Source of the DNA: a virus
Taxonomy: Duplodnaviria > Caudoviricetes
Reading direction: 5' to 3' (one strand)
Length of the DNA: 64,000 bases
Virus record (IMG/VR): IMGVR_UViG_3300032327_000792
The position numbers and the translations under genes are program-made. Positions 38,032-48,637 of this stretch are shown one piece after another. The notes under the pieces are model-generated. The model saw only the letters and a program-made list of their open reading frames with translations, searched no databases and was not told the DNA's origin. Every line of letters begins with the position of its first letter. Within the stretch, counting starts at the first letter, position 1.

Positions 38032-38585
38032 CTGACCAGGAGTTTCAGCACACTGGCCAGTGAATCTTGTGTGATATTTGGTAAATCTTTGAGTTCTAGC
38101 ATGAGTTCGGGCGTGTGATCAATCAGAACCCATTGTACCTGACTGTTTTCTGCTATGGCTTGCTTGATCAACGTTCTATAATTTTGAGCACGGTGTTCTT
38201 GTAACCGATCTGGATTTTTTGGTCGAGGTTGCCAATCAAAACCCAACAACAACACAAGATCACTTTGACTGCCTGCTAAGTGCATGGCAATGATTTCTTC
38301 TTTGTTTTCTAAATCTAGTTCGGTGGTTCCGTCATACAATTTTACTGCGGTTGGATGATCCAGTCGTTGATATATGGTGTTAGGTATATAAAAATTACAG
38401 CCTTCATTGAATTTTCTAACCAGCAATGATTGAGCACGATCAAAGTCATTGCAGATCACATTGTCGGTGCCACAACTACGCCATGTTTGCCACCCACCCC
38501 AAAACGGGCCAATTTCTTTGAGTTTGGCAAGATCAAGTTCTGGATCTGGAATCAGTCCATTGGCCAGTATCCAACTGATGTTCAT
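38028..38585 (-). CDS. Hypothetical protein (AMHLA...LLLGFD motif)
   Basis: 185 aa in operon. Confidence 0.55.
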   Translation of the reverse strand: MNISWILANGLIPDPELDLAKLKEIGPFWGGWQTWRSCGTDNVICNDFDRAQSLLVRKFNEGCNFYIPNTIYQRLDHPTAVKLYDGTTELDLENKEEIIAMHLAGSQSDLVLLLGFDWQPRPKNPDRLQEHRAQNYRTLIKQAIAENSQVQWVLIDHTPELMLELKDLPNITQDSLASVLKLLVS

Positions 38586-39625
38586 TCAACCGCCCGGATT
38601 ATCTTCCACTTGAATCCACCCAGACACTGCCATGCAAACACATTGTCGTTTATGCTGGGATTGGCGTTGAATACCACATCGCCCTTGGTGCCAGCATAGT
38701 TTGGTACTTCTGTACCATGACTGATTCTGTGTACTCCTACCCGCAATTTTTTAACAGCAGTGACACCATCAATGTCAATTTCCACTGCCGGGGTACGGTT
38801 AACACCTAGCACAAGATTTTGTGATCGTCCTGTGCCAATGTAGGCTGACCGGTCTTTGAACTTGCCTGCTAGGATGGAAACTTCTTCGTCCCACACACTC
38901 AAGGCCATTTCTGGTTCTTGAGTATTGATTCCTACTCGCTTGTTGAGCACACTCACAGTGTTGTAGATATGTGCTTCTCCGGCAACTGTTAATTCTTTGA
39001 GTTCGCCCACTGACTGTAAATTGCTGTTGGTAATTTTTCTTGACAGTGTGTCTCCGACCACTACACGTACCCCGTCAATCTGAACCTGGGCAAAATCAAT
39101 ACCATTTTCACGTATTTTATTTTCTACATCCGTAACCAATGATTCTCGCCATTCTGTGTTTAAACGATCAAGAGTTTTTTTGCTAATATCTTCGCTGAGT
39201 GTTTGCCATGCATGGTTGTCAGTGTTGATTGATCCTGTGACAGTGAGTTCTTTGATTCGAGCCGACGTGACCACTTCTATTCTGTTGGCGGTCAAACAAT
39301 GCTCAACCACAACGTTTTCATCTAACACAGTTAACTCAGGATTGTGAGCATGATCTTGTATGCCGGGCGTATGCAATCTTGCAGCAACTCGGCTGTCCAA
39401 ATCACTCATGTTTTCGTCTACACGTTGCTGAATCAATCCTCCAACATCAACAGAGCTTAACCCAGCAACAACTCGGCGAACCATTGCTTGATTGACCAGT
39501 TGTTCAATTTTTTCTACCCACGCTGGATCTGTGCCAAGATGTTGAATGGTGTTTACTACTTGATCATTGATGGATTTTTCAATCTGTTCTTCGACTAATT
39601 TATTTAGAGCTGTTTGGTCAAGCAT
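38582..39625 (-). CDS. Hypothetical, possibly virion-associated protein
   Basis: 347 aa; coiled-coil N-terminus, beta-rich C-terminus. Confidence 0.6.
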   Translation of the reverse strand: MLDQTALNKLVEEQIEKSINDQVVNTIQHLGTDPAWVEKIEQLVNQAMVRRVVAGLSSVDVGGLIQQRVDENMSDLDSRVAARLHTPGIQDHAHNPELTVLDENVVVEHCLTANRIEVVTSARIKELTVTGSINTDNHAWQTLSEDISKKTLDRLNTEWRESLVTDVENKIRENGIDFAQVQIDGVRVVVGDTLSRKITNSNLQSVGELKELTVAGEAHIYNTVSVLNKRVGINTQEPEMALSVWDEEVSILAGKFKDRSAYIGTGRSQNLVLGVNRTPAVEIDIDGVTAVKKLRVGVHRISHGTEVPNYAGTKGDVVFNANPSINDNVFAWQCLGGFKWKIIRAVE

Positions 39626-40610
39626 GTTTTCTCCGGGTATCTAATGTCACACAATGAAATCCACCGCCCAGTGTACGACTGTGCCTGAGTTCCAACGGAA
39701 TGACTGCAAATTTGTGTTGTTCCAACAATTGAATCAACTGTGTCTGATGTCGATCTACTATCACTGTGTGCGGATCTAGTACCAACATATTTAAGGCAAT
39801 CCATTTTGATGCATAAGGATATTGATAGAATCCTTGAGGCACTACTTCATCGACATAAATTTTTGTCCAACTATCAAACGCTCTAGGGCAATTTGATTCA
39901 TTGACTCGGTGTCCATTCAACAACACCAGTCCTTCTCGTAAAGGAACAATGGTTGAATCAATGTGTACACCGGCATAAAAATTGCATAATTCAATGTTGA
40001 TCTCTGGAAACTGTTCACGCAGCCAATCATAAGCCGTACGATTGCCCGAATAACTTTCTAGGAACAACCAAGTATCACCAAGCCTACAAATGTTGGCGGC
40101 ATCTAGTATCATGCCTGAATTTTTGGGCATGATCACGGGTTCGTACCCAACCCAGGCATGTTCCAACGATCCAAATTCTTGATTCCGGCACGGATACATC
40201 ATTGATACATCAACTATCTTTTTGCCAGCAATCAACACCCGGTCACGTGGGCAATAGCCGTACATACCGTTGCGTTTGACATAATTGTAGGGTTGTGGTC
40301 TGTGTACCACTGCACCATAATCTCGGCAGACTTTTGCCAAGGCATTAAGGTCTTCATTGGCTTCGTCCACAATCCATTGTGGCACCGGCCCACTGGGCAC
40401 AGGAGTTTCTGTCCAAAGAGTTTTTTTTGATTCTTCAGCAAACACAGGGTCAGTTGTGGGCCAATTGGCATAGTCAGCACGGCCAACCACTACTTCCTCC
40501 AATGGATCCCATTCGTTTCTGCTGTCAATCATAGATGTCCTGTGATTTGCAAAGTATATCTTGGTTGTAATCCAATGTTGGCTGCCATGTGCGGAGTGTC
40601 GTGGATCCAC
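39618..40610 (-). CDS. Amidinotransferase (glycine/inosamine-phosphate amidinotransferase family)
   Basis: NEWDPLEEVVVG, CPRD, DAAN, HIDST, GGGFHCVTLD. Confidence 0.88.
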   Translation of the reverse strand: MDPRHSAHGSQHWITTKIYFANHRTSMIDSRNEWDPLEEVVVGRADYANWPTTDPVFAEESKKTLWTETPVPSGPVPQWIVDEANEDLNALAKVCRDYGAVVHRPQPYNYVKRNGMYGYCPRDRVLIAGKKIVDVSMMYPCRNQEFGSLEHAWVGYEPVIMPKNSGMILDAANICRLGDTWLFLESYSGNRTAYDWLREQFPEINIELCNFYAGVHIDSTIVPLREGLVLLNGHRVNESNCPRAFDSWTKIYVDEVVPQGFYQYPYASKWIALNMLVLDPHTVIVDRHQTQLIQLLEQHKFAVIPLELRHSRTLGGGFHCVTLDTRRKHA

Positions 40611-41047
40611 TCAACCACTTGCCCTGCTTGCCAGTCAACTATCGGACGATCCATGACTTCAAGATAATGACCAGATTTCCAATCCTCCAACAATACCAGA
40701 GCACGACGTATGAGATGCTCCTGGCCAGCAAGATCAAATAGCTCAATGTAACGTCGATATAGGTCGCTGTGAACTGGCATTACTGTTCCAGTATCCATAC
40801 GATAATAAGAAACGCCAATGTCTTTCCATCCTAGATCAGCATAGTATTCAACAAAATGATGATTCCAACTAGGTAGTCTGTGGCGCATGTCTGCCATGGC
40901 TCCGCATATCTTGGATTGATATCCTTGGCTGATCCACTGGTTGACACTAACAGGATCATTAAAAGGCTCATAGATATAATTGAGCCCTTTGAACTCATCA
41001 TCCCAAAATACTTCTAGGTTATATTCACTGATTGCGTGTGTTACCAT
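40529..41047 (-). CDS. Cupin/2OG-Fe(II)-oxygenase-like protein
   Basis: PVHSD (HxD) and distal H (PHMAAN). Confidence 0.6.
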   Translation of the reverse strand: MVTHAISEYNLEVFWDDEFKGLNYIYEPFNDPVSVNQWISQGYQSKICGAMADMRHRLPSWNHHFVEYYADLGWKDIGVSYYRMDTGTVMPVHSDLYRRYIELFDLAGQEHLIRRALVLLEDWKSGHYLEVMDRPIVDWQAGQVVEWIHDTPHMAANIGLQPRYTLQITGHL

Positions 41048-42266
41048 AGTGTACTACGTTGATGTTGGGCATGTCCACGGGCAACTGGCGCCACGGATCC
41101 ACAATAACTGAACCTGATTTGATTTCGCAATACGGCTTGGTGGCTTCCTGTTCGCCTGTGTATTCGTAAGTTATTCGGCGATTGTGTGCCCATAAAAATA
41201 CAGCTGGCAAGTCCACACTTGCGACCACATTGGTTGCATCATCTGCCAACGGATCAACATAGGTCACACGATGACCGGCCTGTTCAACATAGTGCCCAAC
41301 CAAAGTTGAATAGCTTCCAATACAATAAGGAACATCTGGCTTGTATGCTTTGCCGTGAATCACAATTGGTAAGTTGTTTTTTTGTGCTTGTACCACCAAG
41401 AACAATGCCAAGTTTTTGGCCTGGATTTCTCTGGCATGCATGATTGTGTCAAATAAATCATATCCAACTTCGTATTCCTGTGCTAACCAACGTAAGGCAA
41501 TATTATCACGCGGATGACAGGCACCTGCATCGCCCATGCCTGCTGTCATGTACTTGGGTCCCATGATACGCATAGTTGATCTTGCTAGAGCATTGGTTAC
41601 AACATCAACGTTGATGTTGCCAATTTTAAGTGCAAAGTCTTGAATCATGTTGGCCAGTCCAACTTTGGCACTAATAAATGTGTTGTAAAAAATTTTGATT
41701 GCTTCGCATTCGTCCCACGTACCAATTTCGTAACGTGGATTGTTTTGCATGATAGTCTTGTAGATATCAATCAACTCACCAGCCAATGTATTTGGGTTAC
41801 CGTCCTCTGTGCCAATCATGATCATTTCTGGATTGACCATGTCCCATTTGACTGATCCCATGGCAATCAAATATGGATTGTACAGGAACTGATGTTTTTT
41901 ATCCAACAAGGTAATAAAGTGTCGACGTGTTGTTCCCGGCAATACAGTAGAAATCAGTACGACTTTTTTGGGAGTGGTAGCGTATTGGTTGACTTTTTGC
42001 AGTGCATCTTTGACTGCATCATGTCCAAAATCTTTGGGTGCCATGTGACTTGATGGAACCGACCCATCATAGCCTTCTTCGTGCGGTGTTGGTACCGCAA
42101 TAAAAATCCATTCGCTTTCGTTGACAGTTTCTTCAATGCTGCAAACTTTTACCTGGTCACTGGTTCTTGGGTAAATATCAAAGCCGCGTACAGTGTGTTT
42201 TTCTGCCATTACTTCAGCACAGTCCAGGCCAAGTTTTCCTAAACCAATAAATCCTATATTTTTCAT
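41025..42266 (-). CDS. UDP-glucose/GDP-mannose dehydrogenase family
   Basis: GFIGLGKLG, IAVPTP, STVLPGT, IKIFYNTF, GAC.P.D, GKAYKP. Confidence 0.88.
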   Translation of the reverse strand: MKNIGFIGLGKLGLDCAEVMAEKHTVRGFDIYPRTSDQVKVCSIEETVNESEWIFIAVPTPHEEGYDGSVPSSHMAPKDFGHDAVKDALQKVNQYATTPKKVVLISTVLPGTTRRHFITLLDKKHQFLYNPYLIAMGSVKWDMVNPEMIMIGTEDGNPNTLAGELIDIYKTIMQNNPRYEIGTWDECEAIKIFYNTFISAKVGLANMIQDFALKIGNINVDVVTNALARSTMRIMGPKYMTAGMGDAGACHPRDNIALRWLAQEYEVGYDLFDTIMHAREIQAKNLALFLVVQAQKNNLPIVIHGKAYKPDVPYCIGSYSTLVGHYVEQAGHRVTYVDPLADDATNVVASVDLPAVFLWAHNRRITYEYTGEQEATKPYCEIKSGSVIVDPWRQLPVDMPNINVVHYGNTRNQ

Positions 42267-42269
42267 ATT

Positions 42270-43541
42270 ATGAGTGTCCCTTTAGATCGTTTATATCACT
42301 ACATTGAAAGCATCGCCCAAGAAGTCTACGGCGACGTATTAATTTATCGCTTTTATCCTCATGGGTCAAAAAAAATAGAAGATTTAACATGCCCCAAAAA
42401 AAAGCACACACCTTATCATGGTGCATACTGCCCTCAGTTGATATGCTACGATCAGGAACCGTTAAATTATGATCTATACAAACATACTCCTGTTCGATTA
42501 GATAAAAAATTTTATTCGTGTGATCCTAGCGACTTGCCAAAACGAAATCTTAGAGTTAAAGTTGGAAATATCTACGATAAATGCTTGTTGTTGCATAGTG
42601 AACTAAACAGTAACGAAGTTAATCGTTATCAACAAGATCAATTTGTGCCTGTGTACTACTGGAGTCACGCTATTATATCAAGAGACTGGTTTAGATATGC
42701 TGTACATGTTGACTTTAAAAAAGATATCAACAAAACTTTTTTAATTTATAATCGTGCATGGACCGGAACTAGAGAATATAGATTAAAATTTATTGAAATG
42801 CTGGGTGAGAACAATTTAGTCAATCATTGCCAAAGCAATTTTAATCCATCCGACGGCGAGAGCTATTATAAAACATATAAATTTGCCAACCCGGTTTGGA
42901 AACCCAACTCCGACTTAGAGCAATATTTTGATCCAACAACAGCGTCGAGTGCCAGCAGTGCAGATTTTGATATTGATGATTACAATAGCACAGAGATTGA
43001 AGTTGTACTTGAAACATTGTTTGATGATCAGCGTCAACAGTTAACTGAAAAGATACTGCGACCAATTGCTTGTAAACAGCCGTTTATTTTGGCATCTACG
43101 GCTGGCAGTTTGACATATTTACGTACATATGGATTTAAAACATTTGAAGAAATCTGGGACGAAAGCTATGATTCCATTGATGATCCAATCGAACGTATGC
43201 AAAGAATTATTAAAACAATGCGTGATATTGCATCATGGTCACCAGAATACAAAAAAACCCAGATGCAAAAACTTAGAGAAATTGTTGAACATAATCATCA
43301 ATATTTTTTTAGTGATAAATTTTTTCAGAGTGTAATCTTGGAACTTAAAAAAAATCTATCCACGGCATTTGACCACATAGAAAATACCACAGTTGGAAAA
43401 CACTACCTTGACGTTTCTATGAAGAATATACCCGGGATACGCGAACCCAGAAAAACTTCTAGTTACAATAGACAGTTTAAACACGACGTACTTAAAAAAT
43501 TAAAAGAGTACAGAAAAAGAAATCGTAAAGGGGTTAAATAA
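42270..43541 (+). CDS. AT-rich glycosyltransferase-like hypothetical protein
   Basis: LTEKILRPI...PF...GFKTF..WDESYD shared with 29633..30541. Confidence 0.55.
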   Translation: MSVPLDRLYHYIESIAQEVYGDVLIYRFYPHGSKKIEDLTCPKKKHTPYHGAYCPQLICYDQEPLNYDLYKHTPVRLDKKFYSCDPSDLPKRNLRVKVGNIYDKCLLLHSELNSNEVNRYQQDQFVPVYYWSHAIISRDWFRYAVHVDFKKDINKTFLIYNRAWTGTREYRLKFIEMLGENNLVNHCQSNFNPSDGESYYKTYKFANPVWKPNSDLEQYFDPTTASSASSADFDIDDYNSTEIEVVLETLFDDQRQQLTEKILRPIACKQPFILASTAGSLTYLRTYGFKTFEEIWDESYDSIDDPIERMQRIIKTMRDIASWSPEYKKTQMQKLREIVEHNHQYFFSDKFFQSVILELKKNLSTAFDHIENTTVGKHYLDVSMKNIPGIREPRKTSSYNRQFKHDVLKKLKEYRKRNRKGVK

Positions 43542-45596
43542 TTGATGTTCAAAAAAGTTCTACTTAGCTCCTGGACTGCTCTATTAACCCTTGTGTTGAT
43601 AGTGGGCATACGTGTAGCAGATCCCTCATTTGTCGAAAGCGTAAGACTACGGTATTTTGACACGCTGATTACTGCCAAAGCTCCAACTGAGAATAACATC
43701 TATACTGTCAACATAGATGAAGCCGCGCTAGACAAATATGGCCAGTGGCCTTTACCGAGAGATCAATATGCTAAAATCATTCAAGATTTGTATCAGCGTG
43801 GTGCTGGTGTTGTGGTTCTTAATGTGCTTATGGCTGAGTCTGATCGCACCGGTGGAGACGTTGTACTAGCCAACGCACTAAAACAATACCCTGTGGTGCT
43901 TCCTAGTGTGCCCGGTGACAAAACAAAGAACAATCCACGACAACCCGGGTCAGCTGTTATTGGTGCCGAGTACACTGATCTAATTGTACAGTATCCGGGA
44001 TTAATTGCCAACGTTCGAGCTCTGGAAACCGGTGCAGTCGGAGTTGGTATTGTAAACACCTTGCCCGAAGTAGATGGTGTTAATCGTAGACTACCCATGG
44101 TAGTTGCTGTCAACGGACGAGTATATCCCAGCATGGCCATGGAGACTCTGCGTGTAGCCGCAGGTGATTCAACGTTTCAAGTCAAACTATCAGAAATTGG
44201 CGTAGAAAAGATGCGCATTCCGGCCGTTGGAGCTATCACCACAGACAACCTAGGACGTGTATGGGTTGATCTAAGTCAGCAATCAAAGTCGGCGAGTTTA
44301 ATGAACTTACCCAAAGACTTTGGTGGGGCTATTGTCATAGTCGGAGCAACGGCTGCTGGTATCGCCAACCCTGTTCCTACTGCCAAAGGTGCTGTATGGC
44401 CGCAGGAGTTTCAGGCCATGGCCATTGGCACAATGATCAATGGTGTGGTCATTGCCAGACCAGCATGGGCCAACGGTGCTGAACTTTTGACAATGTTGGC
44501 TGTTGGTGTTGTACTATTATTTTTAACAAGGTGGACTTATGTTGGTATTGCGTCGGTTATTGGTTTCATTGCTGTATTTGCGTATGGCAGTTACTTTATG
44601 TTTAGCAGTAGTCTTTGGCTATTTGACATTACCGGGCCAATCGCAGGAGTTGTCCTTGTTGCGCTCCATGCTTACGGAGTCAAGTTTGTTTCAGAGTTCT
44701 TACAAAAGCAACAGATAAAGAAACAGTTTGGCACATACCTATCGCCAGCTATGGTAGAAAGGTTACAGCGGAATCCAGAGCTACTACAACTAGGTGGTGA
44801 GTCAAGAGAACTTTCGATTATGTTCACTGACGTTCGTGGATTTACCACAATCTCAGAACACTATGGCAAAGATGTACAAGGCTTGACCCGAATCATGAAT
44901 CGCTACATGACAGCCATGACAGCAAAAATTATAGAGAACCAAGGTACCTTAGACAAGTATATTGGTGACGCACAGATGGCTTTTTGGAACGCACCCCTGG
45001 ATGATGCTGACCATGCCAAGAATGCTGTGCGTACAGGTTTACAAATGATGGGAAGTTTAGATGCATTCAATCAAGAAATTACAGCAGAAGGCATACCAGC
45101 TTTTGGTATGGGTCTTGGGATTAATACTGATACCGTTGTGGTCGGGAACATGGGCAGTGATCAGCGGTTTGACTATACTTGTCTCGGCGATGGCGTCAAC
45201 TTGGCAGCTCGTCTGGAAGGGCAAAGCAAGCCGTACGGTGTCAAAATCGTACTGGGCCCGAAGACGGCGCAACTGGTAAAAGACGAATATTTTGTGCTTG
45301 AGCTAGATTGTATAGCAGTCAAAGGCAAAAAAGAAGGTGTAACAATTTACACAGTGCTGGGTCGTAACAACGAGATCAATCTAGACAAAGGTGACGTGCA
45401 AATGCACGAAGCTATGTTGGTATTGTATCGTCAACAACGGTTTGACCAAGCCATTAAGTTCTGCCAAGACCTCAAGGGCAGATTTGCAGGTGAGATGGAC
45501 CAATACTACGACGCTTGGATAGAGCGTTGTGAGGAGATGAAACATGTTGAATTACCAACAGATTGGGACTCAGTTTACAGAGCAGTTTCAAAATAA
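43542..45596 (+). CDS. CHASE2-domain adenylate/guanylate cyclase
   Basis: TM-CHASE2-3TM; class III motifs FTDVRGFTT, DKYIGDAQMAFW, GINT, DYTCLGDGVNLAARLE, VKGK. Confidence 0.93.
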   Translation: MMFKKVLLSSWTALLTLVLIVGIRVADPSFVESVRLRYFDTLITAKAPTENNIYTVNIDEAALDKYGQWPLPRDQYAKIIQDLYQRGAGVVVLNVLMAESDRTGGDVVLANALKQYPVVLPSVPGDKTKNNPRQPGSAVIGAEYTDLIVQYPGLIANVRALETGAVGVGIVNTLPEVDGVNRRLPMVVAVNGRVYPSMAMETLRVAAGDSTFQVKLSEIGVEKMRIPAVGAITTDNLGRVWVDLSQQSKSASLMNLPKDFGGAIVIVGATAAGIANPVPTAKGAVWPQEFQAMAIGTMINGVVIARPAWANGAELLTMLAVGVVLLFLTRWTYVGIASVIGFIAVFAYGSYFMFSSSLWLFDITGPIAGVVLVALHAYGVKFVSEFLQKQQIKKQFGTYLSPAMVERLQRNPELLQLGGESRELSIMFTDVRGFTTISEHYGKDVQGLTRIMNRYMTAMTAKIIENQGTLDKYIGDAQMAFWNAPLDDADHAKNAVRTGLQMMGSLDAFNQEITAEGIPAFGMGLGINTDTVVVGNMGSDQRFDYTCLGDGVNLAARLEGQSKPYGVKIVLGPKTAQLVKDEYFVLELDCIAVKGKKEGVTIYTVLGRNNEINLDKGDVQMHEAMLVLYRQQRFDQAIKFCQDLKGRFAGEMDQYYDAWIERCEEMKHVELPTDWDSVYRAVSK

Positions 45597-45750
45597 TTAT
45601 TTTTTAAACGAGATATTTGACGGTTGGGCGTGGTTCATGCTCAAGCTAATGTATGCACCTTATGAATTACCTACTCAGTTAGGAGATGCCGAGTCCTGGA
45701 TAAAGAACGCAGGGTTAAACGGTGCTTGTTGGTTTGATATGTTTAATCCA

Positions 45751-45768
45751 AAGTAACACAACTGTAAC
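45751..45768 (+). promoter_or_regulatory. Pho-box-like direct repeat
   Basis: AAGTAAC-ACAA-CTGTAAC, 11-bp period. Confidence 0.4.
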
Positions 45769-45785
45769 ATGTTAAGTTATAAATA

Positions 45786-45858
45786 ATTCTAATCGAGTGC
45801 AATGATCGAGCACAGTTGGAACTCGTAACCAACACTAAAGAGCCTAGGCTCTTTTTTT
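45786..45858 (+). ncRNA. Candidate small RNA
   Basis: Follows TATAAATA (45778-45785), two small hairpins, ends in a terminator. Confidence 0.45.
45837..45858 (+). terminator. Intrinsic terminator
   Basis: AAAGAGCCTAGGCTCTTTTTTT. Confidence 0.75.
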
Positions 45859-45935
45859 AATGACTTGTAATATTGTGTGTAATATTTTGTCCACAACAAT
45901 TTGTTAAATAACTACACTACAAGGAGGAGTAAGCC

Positions 45936-46094
45936 ATGAAACAAGAAAAACTTGTTCAAAAGCTGTATCGGGCCTGCTTCGACCACGACGCCGAGAAGAT
46001 TGCAAAACTTCGCCAAGAAGAATTTGCCAAAATCTTGAAACGCAAGGCCGAAGGCAAGTCTTTTACTGCTGAGTGGACTGTTGTACAGATATAA
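45936..46094 (+). CDS. Small protein (52 aa, not in ORF track)
   Basis: AAGGAGG RBS, TAAATA upstream; [21 protein letters not shown]... Confidence 0.6.
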   Translation: MKQEKLVQKLYRACFDHDAEKIAKLRQEEFAKILKRKAEGKSFTAEWTVVQI

Positions 46095-47094
46095 GACTGC
46101 GTTGAAATATGTGCCAACAGGCTTCCCAGGTCCATCGTTGAGAAGCTTGTTGAACTCTGTTGCGATCTAACAACAAGCAGTGTTCCACAGCCGTGATTAG
46201 ATTTTCATCCATCCATCCATTGATACCATTTTCCACAACATCTATGGGTCCTTGCACAGGAAATGCTGCCACTGGAGTGCCTTGTGCCATGGCTTCAATC
46301 ATTACCAAGCCAAAAGTATCAGCTCTGCTGGGAAACACAAACACATCGGCGTTGTAGTATTGATTCACTAGATCTTGTCCTTGCTTGTAACCCAGGAACA
46401 ATGCATTGGGTAACAATCTCTGTGCTTCTTCCCTATAGGGGCCATCACCAACTATGATTAGAAAATAACGATTCTGTATTTCGACCAGTTGATCTAGTCC
46501 TTTTTCGGGACTGACGCGACCCACACACAACACAATGGGCAAGTGTTTGTGGTCGACTCGTAGGATATTGGGTTCAATAGATCTATCTACTCCGCGAGCC
46601 CACACAGTGAGATTTTTAAATCCGTGTGAGTGTAAATCTTTGCGTATGGTTTCAGTTGTGACCAACACTCTGTGACTGTTTTTGTGAAACCAACGCAGAT
46701 AAGCATAGGTCCAGCGAGCAGGAACTCCATACATCACAGATAAGAACTTAGGAAAGTCAGTGTGATAGCTAGTGTTATAACTATAACCATTACGCTCACA
46801 CCACCAGCGAGCAAAAAGGCCCACAGGTCCTTCTGTAGCGATGTGTATAAAGTCCGGCTGTATCTCCTTAATTTTTTTTGAGATACCCCAGGGCCACGAG
46901 AGCTTAACTTCAGGATAGCCAGGGCAATCACAATGAGGGAACTGCCCGGGATCAAGATAAACAACGTCATAGCCGTTGCCAACAGCATGACTTTCCAAGT
47001 TTTTGAAAGTTGTGACCACGCCATTGATCTGCTCCTGTGTGTTGTCCGTGACAATTAATATTTTAGGCATTGCGATATTGTTTGTTAGATTCAA
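46063..47094 (-). CDS. GT4 glycosyltransferase, Agt/SqdX-like glycolipid synthase
   Basis: [53 protein letters not shown]. Confidence 0.88.
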   Translation of the reverse strand: MNLTNNIAMPKILIVTDNTQEQINGVVTTFKNLESHAVGNGYDVVYLDPGQFPHCDCPGYPEVKLSWPWGISKKIKEIQPDFIHIATEGPVGLFARWWCERNGYSYNTSYHTDFPKFLSVMYGVPARWTYAYLRWFHKNSHRVLVTTETIRKDLHSHGFKNLTVWARGVDRSIEPNILRVDHKHLPIVLCVGRVSPEKGLDQLVEIQNRYFLIIVGDGPYREEAQRLLPNALFLGYKQGQDLVNQYYNADVFVFPSRADTFGLVMIEAMAQGTPVAAFPVQGPIDVVENGINGWMDENLITAVEHCLLLDRNRVQQASQRWTWEACWHIFQRSLISVQQSTQQ

Positions 47095-47848
47095 TAGCAG
47101 TAGACAACATAGGCATGTGTACCTGTTGACCTTGGGCTAGATAGTTCAATGCTGCGGTATCCTTGGGGAAGCATGCTCCGCCATAGCCATGTTCTCCGTC
47201 AGGCCCGGGTACAGCCCAGTGAGTATTGCCCAAGCGGCTATCTGTTTTGGCAATACTGGACAGTTTGTCCCAATCCAGTTCCAATGCATGAGCCAATACA
47301 TACAACTCATTGTTCACAATAACCTTCATGGCCAGCATACAATTGGCCATGTACTTGAAGTAACTGGCTTCTTCGATGCTACAGTATTCTATTTTTACTC
47401 GATCAAAGTTCACAGCACTGGACATCAATATGTCAGTGACTTCATCACGTAGTTTCTTTCGACATCCTACCACAATCTTGTGTGGGTTTACATAGTCAAA
47501 CTTGGCACGAGCCTGTGTCAAAAACTCTGGTACATGTGCTAGATTTAGATCTAGCTCTTTTTCCAACTGTCTATAAACTGTAGGACTTGCTGTGCTTTTG
47601 GCAACAACTATTCCGTTGTACCCAGATAGGCCTGTCAACACCTGTGTTAATGTTGAGGTATCACACTCGCCTGAGTCAGACTGAGGAGTTGGTACACAAA
47701 CAAATATAGCACGGCATTTGTCACGAAGTTTGTCTATTGAGACCGATTCTGATCCTAGCTTGGGATCATTTATCAAAATCTTGTCGTCAGGATAACTGGC
47801 AGCCACTGCCGAGCCAACATATCCATTGCCTATGATACCTATTTTCAT
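47063..47848 (-). CDS. UDP-glucose 6-dehydrogenase-like (short form)
   Basis: GIIGNGYVG, CVPTP, KST, PEFL, KYMAN..LA.K, GYGGACFPKD; lacks the usual C-terminal domain. Confidence 0.85.
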   Translation of the reverse strand: MKIGIIGNGYVGSAVAASYPDDKILINDPKLGSESVSIDKLRDKCRAIFVCVPTPQSDSGECDTSTLTQVLTGLSGYNGIVVAKSTASPTVYRQLEKELDLNLAHVPEFLTQARAKFDYVNPHKIVVGCRKKLRDEVTDILMSSAVNFDRVKIEYCSIEEASYFKYMANCMLAMKVIVNNELYVLAHALELDWDKLSSIAKTDSRLGNTHWAVPGPDGEHGYGGACFPKDTAALNYLAQGQQVHMPMLSTAIESNKQYRNA

Positions 47849-48606
47849 TTTTCGCTCACAATCTCATTCCAGTATACAATTTCCCAACGACCATCCCAGT
47901 GTTCAACCAATGCTGTACAACTTTCTACCCAGTCGCCGTCGTTCATGTACACAATACCATCAATGTCTCGTATTTCAGCTGTGTGTATGTGTCCACAGAT
48001 GATGCCATCATAGCCTTTGGTCTTGCAATAGTCAGCCAACAATGTTTCAAAGTTTAAGACATACGAAACAGCCTGTTTGGTATTTTGCTTGATCCAGCGA
48101 CTCATGGACCAGTATCTAAGACCCAATCGAGAACGCACAAAGGACCATGCATCGTTCAAACGAATAATGATGTCGTACAACCAATCTCCAATGTGCATCA
48201 GCACTCGCCCTGAACTGATGTGCATCAATGTGTCAAACATATCTCCATGTACCACTAGATACCGACGACCATCCAATCCTGTGTAATCACATCGGTTGAC
48301 AACTTCAACATTGCCCACTGCAGGAATAAAGTTTAGCCATTTACGTAGTACTTCATCGTGATTACCCACAATGTATTTGATTGTAGCACCTCGTTTGGCT
48401 GCTGTCAATATTTTACGGACAACGTTTGAATGTTCTTGGGGCCAAAACCATTTCTTTTGTAGACGCCAACCGTCAATGATATCGCCTACCAGTAATATTG
48501 TTTCGGCTGTGTTGTGTTTTAAAAAGTTACAAAGCAAATCTGCCTTGCATCCTCGGCTGCCCAGATGTATGTCGCTGATACTGATAGTTCTATATTTTGG
48601 TTGCAT
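47845..48606 (-). CDS. PlcP-like metallophosphoesterase (phospholipase C; often annotated UDP-2,3-diacylglucosamine hydrolase)
   Basis: SDIHLG, GDIIDGW, WPQEH, GNHD, HGD, YWS.S, GHIH, NDGDWVESCTA. Confidence 0.82.
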   Translation of the reverse strand: MQPKYRTISISDIHLGSRGCKADLLCNFLKHNTAETILLVGDIIDGWRLQKKWFWPQEHSNVVRKILTAAKRGATIKYIVGNHDEVLRKWLNFIPAVGNVEVVNRCDYTGLDGRRYLVVHGDMFDTLMHISSGRVLMHIGDWLYDIIIRLNDAWSFVRSRLGLRYWSMSRWIKQNTKQAVSYVLNFETLLADYCKTKGYDGIICGHIHTAEIRDIDGIVYMNDGDWVESCTALVEHWDGRWEIVYWNEIVSEK

Positions 48607-48637
48607 ACACTATTTACAGTTTCTGCAACATTGCCCT

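Noticed and set aside
45866-45894. Third Pho box (TGTAATATT repeats)
   Set aside because: Spacings are 12 and 10 bp, not 11.
47845-48606. LpxH lipid A biosynthesis enzyme
   Set aside because: GNHD rather than GNRD, and an adjacent Agt-like GT4, fit PlcP better.
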